From the NCBI GenBank assembly GCA_964035545.1, contig OZ037765.1:34409504-34473503 (forward strand): a stretch of DNA of 64,000 nucleotides, read 5' to 3'. How positions within the stretch are numbered: the stretch's first letter is position 1; each line of letters begins with the position of its first letter. A program made the position numbers and the translations under genes. Source of the stretch: Bugula neritina. Its lineage: Eukaryota > Animalia > Bryozoa. The notes beneath the pieces are model-generated. The model did no database searches, was not told the DNA's origin, and saw nothing but the letters and a program-made list of their open reading frames with translations. Positions 25,088-37,300 of this stretch are shown in pieces.

Positions 25088-28000
25088 ATGACGTACCGTA
25101 CTGTTACTCTGGGTTTTGGGGCCTTTTTCACCGTGGCAGCATTTGTATGCTTGCTAGTGGCGCTGTGCACCAACCAGTGGGTCATCATTCAAGTGGACAG
25201 GTCAGCTGATTCTACGCTGCAGATAGGCTCAACCAGTGCTGCCACTCTTGCTGCCTTCACCAGATACAGAGGCATCTTCAAGGAGTGCTATGATGACAAA
25301 GAGGCCACCAAACCTTGTATGTATGACGTCATATTTGCTATTTTACAATTTCAAGTTATGGGTTTTAACGACAAGCTAGTTGAGGGACTGTGAGTCTATT
25401 TCTACAGAGTGTCTCTAATGAGGTAGGTCCAGTAATGGAGGAATTAGGGAACCCTTTGCTTTAGATAAAAAGTGTAGCAAAAGAAAAGACGTCAACAAAA
25501 ATTCCTGAAGAAAACAAAATACACTTGGGCTAGTTATTGATAATTCTCCATTACTGCACCTAAATGTAAAAATAGTAAAATTACAAGCCAGGAATCAAGT
25601 TTACATGATGCCTCTAAAGTCATTCAGTTCCTGCCTTTACCGTCTCTGTGCCAATAGTGATAAAAAGTGACCAAGTTTTATGGCAGTTCAAGAGTGGGAG
25701 GGGCCTTGTTTAGTGGCGATAGAATCTGGCATTATGCCAATATTCAATGTTGCATCAGTTTTCATTAAAGGCAATTACATACAGTTTTGCTGCTGTTACT
25801 GTTTCCTGTTGGGCGGCCATTTCATAATTAATACAAAGAGAATGACTTTTATACGTTGTAGACGTGAGAGCCAACGACTTTAAAGATGACCTGAATGAAT
25901 GTATATTCAATGACTTCATGGTGAACCGTAGAGTTTCTGTCAACTACACCAGCAACTACAAGACTAGAACAAGTAAACTCTACACTTATACTGTATACGC
26001 ATTGTTTTATTGATATAACCTCACTTAAGACTTCATATCATTAAATATGGCCTTGCAAAGCCTCTTCACTACATACTGTGTCACTCCAGTCAGTCGTCTA
26101 CTATTCACTACATACTGTGTCACTTCAGTCAGTCATCTACTATTCACTACAAGTACATACTGTGTCACTTCAGTCAGTCATCTACTCTTCACTACATACT
26201 GTGTCACTACAGTCAGTTGTCTACTATTCACTACATACTGTGTCACTTCAGTCAGTCAGTCGTCTACTATTCACTACATACTGTGTCACTTCAGTCAGTC
26301 GTCTACTATATATTCACTACATACCGTGTCACTTCAGTCAGTTATCTAATATTCAAGCCGATAGTTCTGAATCCTTCTACTACAATAAACACTGTTTTCT
26401 AACCAATAAAAAGCTGATTTTATGCTTAACATAGTTTTATGTAGAAAAGAAGTATTAATTATTCTCCCATCATTTTACTTCTCAATGTAATAACACTTAT
26501 TCATGAAATAGCAGACCATGTTATATTGGAATCCTAGCTTACCAATCAAGTACATTACCGGGCAGCAAACACCCTGACCTACTGAGTCATACACTGAGTC
26601 AGCACACTGAGTCATACACTGAGTCAGCACACGCTGACACATGACTATTATATTGTAGACCTGCTCATAGCTATGGTGGTGTTCATCTGTCTAGCTCTAC
26701 TCCTCTGTGTCATCGGCTTTATCGTCTTCTGCTACAGCGTCATGCTCAACGAGACTGTCATGACCAGGAAATGGAGTCTCGCGACAAAGTGGGCGGGCAT
26801 TCTCTTATTCACCGCAGGTAGTGTTCTTATCACTAGACAGAGTGCGAGCATAGTATGTGAAGGGCGGACAACCTCGCGTTTGCAGTGTATAGTGCTCCAG
26901 TGTAATATGCTTTCATAAAACTTCTTAAAACTCAGCAATAAATTTGTCGAGTTCATTCAAATCAGGTTAAGCTTACGAGGAATATGATTTGCACTGCTAT
27001 GAATAACATCCCACAATTCTCATTCACCTAACAAATTAGTTGTGGTTATTATATTTAAACTGGTTACTTGCGATTGAAATGATTCTTTTGAGAATGACTG
27101 ATGCTTATAGTTTGTTTGCTGCTTACTTGTTCGTTTGTTTGTAGCATTTAGCACAGCGTTGGGGATGGCTTTCTATCACGGAGCAGAGTACATGGAGACA
27201 GAAGTTATCGATACGGACGGGAATGACGCCCCCTACCCTCTCTTCTTTACTAAAACTCAGCCATCTGTACGTATTACATAGACTCAGCTCTCTGTATGTA
27301 TTACATAGACTCAGCTCTCTGTATGTATTACATAGACTCAGCTCTGTGTATGTATTACATAGACTCAGCTCTCTGTATGTATTACATAGCCCCAGCTCTC
27401 TGTATATATTACATAGACTTAGCTCTCTGTATGTATTACATAGACTCAGCTCTCTGTATGTATTACATAGACTCAGCTCTCTGTATGTATTACATAGACT
27501 CAGCTCTCTGTATGTATTACATAGACTCAGCTCTCTGTATGTATTACATAGACTCAGCTCTCTGTATGTATTACATAGACTCAGCTCTCTGTATATATTA
27601 CATAGACTTAGCTCTCTGTATGTATTACATAGACTCAGCTCTCTGTATGTATTACATATACTCAGCTCTCTGTATGTATTACATAGACTCAGCTCTCTGT
27701 ATGTATTACATAGACTCAGCTCTCTGTATGTATTACATAGACTCAGCTCTCTGTATGTATTACATAGACTCAGCTCTCTGTATGTATTACATAGACTCAG
27801 CTCTCTGTATGTATTACATAGACTCAGCTCTGTGTATGTATTACATAGACTCAGCTCTCTGTATGTATTACATAGCCCCAGCTCTCTGTATGTATTACAT
27901 AGACTCAGCTCTCTGTATGTATTACATAGACTCAGCTCTCTGTATGTATTACATAGACTCAACTCTCTGTATGTATTATTCACCTATATTATATAGTTGG

Positions 28001-28908
28001 CTTAATAGTCGCTCTTGAATATCTGTACAAAGTGACTTGATTCTTAGAACCAAGCTGTGACTATTTGGTAACACTGTGACTATTTGGTAGCATTGAAACT
28101 GTTTAGTGACACTGTTCCACACATAAAGACAATGTTATAGAGTTACAATCTCGTCTACAGGCACTACAGAATGCAACTACTAGGAGCTACTCTTGGTCCT
28201 ACGCCCTCGGCTGGCTGTCGGTCTTCTTTGAACTATTAGCTGCTCTCCTGCTTTTCCTCTGCGCCGTTTGCTGCGTGCCATCTGTTGGTGCGGGAGATAA
28301 AGACTTCTTCGACATCAACACCCTCAACTCCACCAAAAGTAAGCTCTTTGGTACATTATTGTTGGTCTTACAGAAACTAATGGGTAACACAGACAGTGTT
28401 TTGTGTAACTATATATAGTGCATAAATGTAGTTAAAGCAAACGCCTCGACACAACTTTAATATGAACATGTATAATATAATTTTGAAATTTAATAAATAT
28501 TGCTGTCTACCAGTCTCACTGGATTTTAATCTGTAATCACTTTGAAAACCCTGCAACATGTTGAGCTGTGAGAGAAGCGATATTTAATATACAGTGTCGT
28601 AAGATTACTTGCTCCATGGTGGGATATTTGAGGCTAGACTTGGGGACTTTCAGTAGCACTCTGATACACAATATTATAATAGTGAGAGTTACTCTGCAGG
28701 TCAGGGCCAAAGAAACATGGCATACGAGTACGTGGAGAGGAAAACTCCAATGGTGTTTGAAGCGCAACCACACATGATGAGTGACGGCTCCTACCACGAC
28801 CACTTCCGAGGCAGACACTACGACCCGTATAGCAGAGCTCCTGTGCAGCAGGAGGGGCGGGTGCAGGCCCAGTACAACTACGAGCAGGGCGGCTGGAGCT
28901 GGCAGTGA
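25088..28908 (+). CDS. Claudin/PMP22/EMP-superfamily tetraspan membrane protein (6 exons)
   Basis: Approximate exons 25088-25317, 25862-25972, 26659-26817, 27145-27266, 28161-28349, 28700-28908, with compatible phases. TM1 followed by ALCTNQW; RGIFKEC (W...GLW..C signature) and a second ECL1 Cys; YSWSYALGW before TM4. Confidence 0.82.
26060..26345. repeat. 39-bp intronic minisatellite (TTCACTACATACTGTGTCACTTCAGTCAGTCGTCTACTA)
   Basis: About 7 visible units. Confidence 0.85.
27256..27978. repeat. 24-bp minisatellite (CTCAGCTCTCTGTATGTATTACATAGA-like) x ~30 whose unit spans an exon end and donor site
   Basis: The first unit is the real junction CTCAGCCATCT|GTACGTATTACATAGA. Confidence 0.9.
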
Positions 28909-29569
28909 TCAGTTCTCAGGCTTCAGTTAGAGGAAAAATAGTCTTACAGCCCGTGTTGAAATTGTCTCCTCATGTTCTCGCCATTCAACTGTTTGTAAGA
29001 TATCCTTCATGTACTAAAGGTGTTTCTTTGAGAATTTTAGGTATTCTTTAGTTGTATTTTTGTATCTCACTTTAACTTATTATATTGCAACAAACTCAAG
29101 GCAAACACTCATATCATAATACTTTATTAAGTTTTCGTTAACACTTGTAACTCAATAAATATACAACACCTTTGTATAATATTGAATTATTCTGTAAAAA
29201 AAAGAACTTAGTATATGTGTTGAAAAATACAGAATGAAGTGTACAGATGAGTCAATAGTAACCGACTGAACTCTGGCAAAATTAAGTCATACTTAAACCC
29301 TTACTTGACTTAATAGTACAACACAAGCATTGACGCTGGCAGTGGCCAAGGGAGTGATAACACATGAGAGCACAACTCAAAAAAATAATCCTAGCACCCT
29401 TAGCAAATATTTGTATAAGTTAAAACATCAAACACACAGTGATATCCAGATATGTGCATTTCGCTAATGAGGCACAGTACGCTCTAAACATATCACCAGG
29501 GGGATACTCATCCCCCCTTGTAGAACACTCCCCCCCTTGTAGGACACCCCACCTTGTAGGACACTGAAC

Positions 29570-30585
29570 CTATTTCTGCGCCTGCACACTCGTCTCGATC
29601 TTCTTGAGCGTGTCCTCGAGCACCTGGAGGTCCGTCTGCCCCATACGACTGTACATCTTGGAGAGTTTGGCTGCGGTATGAGACGTGTCCTGCCCCTGCT
29701 TGATCTCTTTGGCCAGCTGCAACTCCAGCTTCTCGATCTCCTTGTAGGGGTCAATGGCGTAATACAGGTCGCTCAAGTTCTCATCAAGGTCGTTCTCCTC
29801 GCGCAGCACAAAGAAGTAGAGCATGAACACCGCCACCGATATCTGCACAATGACATACTGGTACCGCGGGGCCCCCGACTCCGGGGCTCTGAAGGTGTTG
29901 GCCGCTTTCCAGTCTGCCTGACTTCCTGAGAACTTGACTGGCTCGTCTGAATCTGGTTTCTGCTGAGTTGTTCGGCTGGTGCTGAAACTCAACCTGCAAG
30001 GGGAGATAATTCTCTTAGCAAACTACATATAATATAATTATAGTAACTCCTAGTACATGTAGAACTGTAAGCTAGATGTTGATTCAGGAGTGTAATTGGC
30101 TCATATGACTCATATCATATCATCTCATACCAAACTATGATTACCATAGTAACTTTTGGTAAATATTATTTTAATATTTTAAAATTTTGTCTCAAACAAG
30201 AACTGGCAATGCATTTTTTTCAGATGAATACAAAGTTAACTAAAATTAGTGCAACAATCTCGCCAGCTATTGTCAGCCAGCATACAATTTCTTGTATACT
30301 GAAGCTACATTTGCCAGTTTCCTTGTTTTTTTATTAAAAAACTAAATAATCCTTTATGACGAATAACAATCATGAATACATGTAGAATAATTATCAACAT
30401 ATAGATAACTAATAACACAATAATATATTCACTAACCCATATTTAGCTCTTCTTTCGTTTGAGTTCAAGGATAACGATTGTGAGGATAAAGGTTGAAGGC
30501 ATCCACAAAACTGACGGTGCTTGGAAAACGCAGTGAGATTTCTAACAGACTGAATCTGAATGAGACGGAGGGTTTTGAATATCAT
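29570..30585 (-). CDS. UQCC4: UQCC4/CCSMST1 (C16orf91)-like mitochondrial single-TM protein
   Basis: Exons 30585-30437 and 29993-29570 (phase 2). Basic, Ser-rich presequence-like N-terminus; DEPVKFSGSQADW; TM segment ending YFFVLREENDLDE (family LREExDxD motif). Confidence 0.72.
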
Positions 30586-31515
30586 CTCTGACACATGGGC
30601 TTGGAACTGGTTTGTAAGTTCAGCACAGCTACTAGAATAAAAAGAGCAAAAATTAGCCTTAATAAAAAGTTAAATCCAGAAACTAAAACTAAATAAGAAA
30701 GGCTAATTCTTTGAATCAAAGCTGAGTAGCTAGTACTGACGCCCCGTTGACTGAGTTAAGATTGGAAACTAAAAGCAAAAGGTGGTATCTACCACTCTCC
30801 TAAGCACCACTTCAGTATTAACTTGTTAACAATAACATCGGCATTCGTTTAACTAAAAAGTAAAGTAAATGTAAAAATATGAGTAAGTGTAACACTAACT
30901 ACTAACTAGTAACACCATGACTAACTGTAACAACTATAATTCAATACCAATACTAACAGTAACAGTAATATTATTACTATATTATATTACTAATACTATT
31001 ACTTTTAGTATCAATAATAACATTATAATATAAATATTAATATAAAAAAATTAAACTTTAAGTTTTATTTTCAAATTCTCGAACATGGAAGTCACTTTTT
31101 TACCTGTATTTACCTGTATCCCATAAAAAGTGGGCTAAGGAAAGAAAGCAAGTAGCTTACTTAACCCCAATAATCATAATGTAGCATGCAAATTAAAATG
31201 TATGCGGAATACTAATACTAATAGTAATACTAATACTAGTAGTAGTAACTGTATTACTAATACTAATAGTAATACTAATACTAATAGTAATACTAATACT
31301 AATAGTAATAGTAATACTAATAGTAATACTAATAGTAATACTAATAGCAATAGAGTTTTAAAAGCAAGTACAGAGTTAGCATCAATTGGAGGTGTATAGT
31401 TCCGTTATGACTAGTTGAGCAAAACAACTAAAATATTATGATAAAACCCTACTTAAATACCTTTATATTGCAGAAGTGATCATTGATATGATGATAATTA
31501 CTTGAGGATAGGAAC

Positions 31516-31821
31516 ATGAACAAATACAATCGAAACGATTGTATAACCCCGATAATAATTACTTATGTCGATTAGTGATAAGTAGATCACTAAAACTAAA
31601 AGTAAATGTTCTATTAACCATTACTCTTAGAATTACTTTTTTATCACCAATCACTCATGGCCATGAGCCATTACTTATAAGACTTACACTTTTTGAGTTA
31701 GTTATATTAATATTAAGTTATATTAGTATTACTTATACTTATTATGAATTATGAATTCATAAACTCATAAACTAATGAACAAATACAATCGAAACGATTG
31801 TATAACCCCGATAATAATTAC
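31516..31821. repeat. 47-bp direct repeats (31516-31562 and 31775-31821) flanking a ~180-bp copy of sequence 32408-32590
   Basis: Direct sequence comparison. Confidence 0.85.
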
Positions 31822-31829
31822 CGGAACTC

Positions 31830-32220
31830 ACCTCAGTTTGAAATTAATGTTTTCGAAACTTCTAAAATATTAGATTTAATGAATGAGAAATTAGTTTGTA
31901 AATTTATATACAATTTTTATTTAAAATTTATTTGCGCAAAATTAATATTATCATAAAATTTTTTTTTATTCAAAACAAGCTGCTGTGATTTTGTGCGTTT
32001 AGCGCGTTGGTATCCTGAGCACTTTCTTGATGCTTTTACTAGTTATCACTATAACTTTTAAGTACATTACTATCCCTATTACTATTAGTATTACTATTAC
32101 TATTAGCGAACAAACTTTGAGAATAGAATATACTCCTAAGTAAGAACAAATTAGCGATGTGCTGATTTGCATTCAAACTCACTGTAACGCACTATCACTG
32201 TTACAAAAATTAAGGAGGTA
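31830..32220. promoter_or_regulatory. Putative bidirectional promoter and 5' UTR exons shared by UQCC4-like (-) and MRE11 (+)
   Basis: The genes are head-to-head. Donor-like GAG|GTGAGT on the minus strand at ~31831 and GAG|GTATTT on the plus strand at ~32217. Inferred. Confidence 0.35.
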
Positions 32221-32639
32221 TTTTTAACTTGCAGTTGGCGTTGCACATTTTGATTTTGATTTTCAATTTGATTTTTTTAATTCTCATTCGACATTCTGTA
32301 GAAGTAGTAGTACGAACGTTTAACACTTATGCTAACAGTAACAGTGTAGCACTGACTAACAGCAAGCGCAGCAGTAACATGAACAAAAACTGAAACATTC
32401 AGTTTAACTTATGTCGATTAGTGATAAGTTATAAGTAGATCACTAAAAGTAAATGTTCTATTAACCATTACTCTTAGAATTACTTTTTTATCACCAATCA
32501 CTCATGGCCATGAGCCATTACTTATAAGACTTACACTTTTTGAGTTAGTTATATTAATATTAAGTTATATTAGTATTACTTATACTTATACTTATAGTTT
32601 TACTATAGTTATAGTTATTACTTATACTTATTACTATAC

Positions 32640-33752
32640 TTACTACTTACTTCGATACTTCGACTTTAGCACACGCTAGATCACCATAAGGCGCAAGAGG
32701 CGTGCCTCAGCAGCTTGTTACAATACATTTGACATAGAATTATAACTGTATTTGCATACATTATGCATTTTAAATTTGGCAATTGTAGTACCTTTCAGGT
32801 TATCATTTATCAAGTATTTGGGGAGTTCCAATTCTTAGGTCTCTAATAGTGCGCGGTAGGAAGCTGTTATGATATGCTGTGCACATGGCAGATATCGCAG
32901 TTAGAGGCAGCCCTCGTGGTAACGGTAGCGGTTGATTTGTCCCTTGTCAGTTCAGTGTAGCTGGAAGATAATGCCTGATGACATTCTTCTTTGGACAGGA
33001 TCTTCAAAAGGAGGGTTATTCGTAGGCTTTTGCGACGATCTTCCAGTGATGATATATTGAGTTGTTCTCTTGCATCACTGATGCTAGCCTCCCGGCCTTT
33101 GAGACAGCAGATGAATCTAATAGCTCGGTTCTGGACTAACTCAATTTCTTTCACAAGTTGCTTTGTTACAGGATCCCAAGTGGTTGCAGCGTATTCTAGT
33201 ATAGGTCTGCAGAGAGTCATATATGCCAGCAGCTTTGCTTTCTTGGGAGCTCCATAGAGGGATAGCTTTAGCATGCCAAGAACCTTGTATGCTTTGTTTA
33301 TTTTCTTAGTTATGTGGCTGTGAAACTTGAGGTTAGATTGTAGTGTAACTCCAAGGTGGGTAATCTCATCTACGTAGGGCAATGTTTCTCCCCCTAGTCG
33401 ATATGATGGTAGAATTTGGGGATCTTTGCCAAATGACATGATTCGGCATTTTGAGGAGTTGAACGGCATCTTCCACTTCAGAGACCAATTCTCAATCTGT
33501 TCAATATTCTTTTGGAATTTTCGAACATCATCTAGGGAGTCCACCTCTTGAAAAATCAGTGTGTCATCAGCAAATAAACTGACACTGCAACTTAGTAGAT
33601 CAGGGAGATCATTGATGTAAAGAAGGAATAGGGTGGGCCCCAGGACAGAGCCCTGTGGAACGCCAGAAAAGACTGGTAATCTACCAGAAGAGTGGCCATC
33701 TATGATTACTTGCTGCTCTCGATTTGTCAAAAAATTCTGGAGCCATATATTA
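32640..33752 (-). mobile_element. 5'-truncated non-LTR retrotransposon (CR1/L2-like LINE): C-terminal half of reverse transcriptase plus 3' UTR
   Basis: WLQNFLTNREQ...SGVPQGSVLGPTLFLLYINDL...LFADDT...W.MPFNSSKC...LGV...RPILEYA..W. The terminal HNSFLPRTIRDL motif continues in another frame (frameshift near 32880). Simple-repeat tail near 32640. Confidence 0.9.
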
Positions 33753-34385
33753 GACTTCTGATTCTAATTTATATTCTATGACTAAGAGACAGTTACAGAA
33801 TAGCACTAACAATTACAATTATACTAAATCAATTTGAATTAGCGAACAAGTCTAGCTCAGTAAATGTAATTGCAAGACTGGTTGCAAGTGTATCTCAACT
33901 TTAGCTGTCAGACTAAGTGTAAGACTGAAAGCAAGTTATTATTATGATAACTATTTCTATGTTTCAAACAAATTTTAATGAGTTATTGTATTAAATTTAA
34001 TAAATGAACGTGTAGTAACATTAACTTTGAGAAAATAAAAAATTATTGATAATTGATAGGGCTATCAATTTAATATTCAGAGTTGATAGTAAATATTCTA
34101 ATGAGCAGTTTGAAATTAAATTTGATCTAATGATAATGTTAGTTAATAGTATTATTTGATGATGTGAATTCAGTAATGACTAATGATTATTTTTTCTTGT
34201 CATCATCATCTACCTTCACATATGATACTGCATATAAATATATGTAATAGCTACAGCAATATATACGTATCCCACTGTGTATGTATCTCACTGTATAATA
34301 CTGTATATTACTGCATGATACTGTAATAATGTATAATACTATGGTAATGCTGTATAATATATAATACTGTAATAGTGGCTCAGCC

Positions 34386-37300
34386 ATGACTTCCTGTGAT
34401 GGACTGTCCCAGAATTCCAATACAACTGCTGCCAACAATATACTAGACAATGATGCTGAAGATGGAGACACCATCAAGATATTGCTCTCTACTGATAATC
34501 ATGTCGGGTATAATGAGAAGTGTGAAGTCAGGGGAAACGACTCTCTCACTGCCTTCGAAGAGGTCCTACAGCACGCCAAGAGACACGACGTGGACATGAT
34601 TCTACTAGGTATACTCTCCTGGTCTAGAAATCATACTGATATAACTGGATTGGTCTACTAAACTTGATTACACTTCTTTATTTTTCTGAAAGTAACATTT
34701 GTTTTTAACTTTTAAATTAGCTGAAAAGTCAAAAAAGTTATTCAAAATGTTTATTAAGTCTCGGCAAGAGTTGTCTTCTTTCAAAGAGCTGAATATAGTT
34801 GCTATTGTTTGGCTAGTCTAAGTATTGCAATGGGATAGTTTGTGTATCGTGTCAATAACCTGGCTCTATGAGAGGCCGTTTAGGGGTGCCATGGGCGCTC
34901 CTCAAACTGAGTCTGCCAAACAAAGATATATTTGTTTGGCAGACTATTTGTTTGGTATATCTATTTTCTCTCCAGGCTGCAATACTGGAGTTAGTATATA
35001 GTACTTAGGTTAGTATAGTTACAATAAAAGATAGCAAAGTTGTGTTGACTCTAGGCGGTGACCTGTTCCACGAGAACAAACCCTCCAGAAGGATGGTGAA
35101 CTCGGTGATACAGTTGCTCAGGAAGTATACGACGGGGGACAAGCCCTGTCAGCTAGAGTTCCTCAGTGATCCCTCCATCAACTTTAAGCAGAGTAAATTC
35201 CCTGTAGTCAACTACGAGGACCCCAACATCAACATATCCTATCCGGTCTTCTCAATTCACGGCAATCATGATGACCCCAGTGAGTAGACTCTGCCTTGCT
35301 CTGCTCTCAGATTGGTGACGAGTCTGCCATGTGATGTGTTGTTGGCTAACTCGAGGCAGTACGAGTCAGTACGACACTGTTTCCCACTCTGTAGAAATAT
35401 TCTCCACAATGTAGCAACACGAAACTTTCTAAACATGTCACTAAAGTGTGCATAATAGATTCAAATGGTAGATTTGCCTACCTATGATACAGAATTTATT
35501 TCCTGATTTTTATGCTGAGTAAATATGTATGTGCTGTATAGTATATATAGACTGTATACCCTCCCTTTAGGTATGGGTAACCTGTGTGCTGTACAGTATA
35601 TATATAGACTGTCTACCCTCCCTTTAGGTATGGGTAACCAGTGTGCTGTATAGTATATATAGACTGTATACCCTCTCTTTAGGTATGGGTAACCTGTGTG
35701 CTGTATAGTATATATAGACTGTCTACCCTCCCTTTAGGTATGGGTAACTTGTGTGCTGTATAGTATATATAGACTGTCTACCCTCCCTTTAGGTATGGGT
35801 AACCTGTGTGCTGTATAGTATATATAGACTGTATACCCTCCCTTTAGGTATGGGTAACTTGTGTGCTGTATAGTATATATAGACTGTATACCCTCCCTTT
35901 AGGTATGGGTAACCTGTGTGCTGTATAGTATATATAGACTGTCTACCCTCCCTTTAGGTATGGGTAACCTGTGTGCTGTATAGTATATATAGACTGTCTA
36001 CCCTCCCTTTAGGTATGGGTAACCTGTGTGCTGTATAGTATATATAGACTGTCTACCCTCCCTTTAGGTATGGGTAACTTGTGTGCACTGGATGTTCTCA
36101 GTTCCACCGGTCTAGTCAACTACTTCGGGAAGTGTGATAGTCTAGACAAGGTGCAGGTGTCGCCTCTGCTCTTTAGGAAAGGAGATACAAGACTCGCTCT
36201 CTTCGGACTCGGCTGTATTCGCGATGAACGCTTGCACCGTCTCTTTGAGCAGAAAAAAGTTCAGATTTTGAGATGCAAAGAAGATGCAGACCTGTGGTTC
36301 AATTTGTTTACTATACACCAGGTACTATTATATACTAGGTACTACTGTATACTAGGTACTACTATATACTAGGTACTACTATATACTACAATATGTAGAG
36401 ATGATGTCATACTGTAGAACAGGGCCAAACACGGTGCCAAAGACTATATACCAGAGAGTTTCCTCGGAGACTTCATGGACTTTGTTCTCTGGGGTCATGA
36501 ACACGAGTGTCGAGTGGATCCAGAGTTCAATGGCAGCTTTTGGGTGTCTCAACCCGGTAGCAGTGTGGCCACTTCTCTGTCAGAAGGTTGTTACATTATG
36601 CTACCTTTTACTCCGTGTGTCACATCCTGTCGTACTGTGTCACACTCTTTCATACTGTGTCACACTCTGTCATGCTGTGTCACACTCTTTCATACTGTGT
36701 CACACTCTGTCATGCTGTGTCACACTCTTTCATACTCTGTCACACTCTGTCACACTCTGTCATACTCTGTCATACTCTTGTCACATTAGAGTTTAGACTT
36801 ATGGTTATAAAAAGAGTTCTTGATGCACTAAAAGTACTCTTTATGGAAGCAAATGTATCTTGAACCTTAATCATTGAGCTATTTTTTATTGATTTCTTTT
36901 TACTTCTTCTTAAATTCCCTGTGTGCGAGTGTTTGTAGATCAAGTATATATCTTAGTGAGTCTCAGTTCCCATCCTACTGTTGTTGGATGTTACAGGGGA
37001 GGCAAAGCCCAAGTACTGTGCACTCATGAAGATACACAAGAAGAGTTTCAGCATAGAGAAACTGAGGCTACAGACTGTACGACCTTTCTACTTCGAGGAC
37101 GTTATCCTCAAGTCGACGGACATCAAACCTGAGGCGTTCCACGAGAGGAAAGTGATGAAGTACTGCAAGGAGAGAGTGGAGACTCTGATACAGCTGGCTA
37201 GAGAGGAGCACAGTGGTCACAGGTGTGTTTTACCTCCTCTCTATACTAGTAATAGACTATACCTACTGCATGGCGTAGTAATACATACTATATGGCGTAG

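Noticed and set aside
27123-28018. ORFs of 286, 257 and 240 aa on both strands, superficially LRR-like (LHRLSSLYV)
   Set aside because: They come from the intronic minisatellite; the real gene frame has a stop at the start of the array.
29570-29993. GC-rich exon suggesting horizontal transfer or contamination
   Set aside because: It splices in phase to an AT-richer upstream exon and encodes a metazoan UQCC4-like protein; MRE11 and claudin-like exons are similarly GC-rich.
2060-33752. Diversity-generating-retroelement model: reverse transcriptase plus variable LRR repeats
   Set aside because: The RT is a 5'-truncated, frameshifted CR1/L2-like LINE about 29 kb away. The LRR differences are not restricted to adenines, and there is no separate template repeat.
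35528-36086. CRISPR-like array
   Set aside because: Units are head-to-tail with no unique spacers, there are no cas genes, and the context is a eukaryotic intron. The same applies to every other array here.
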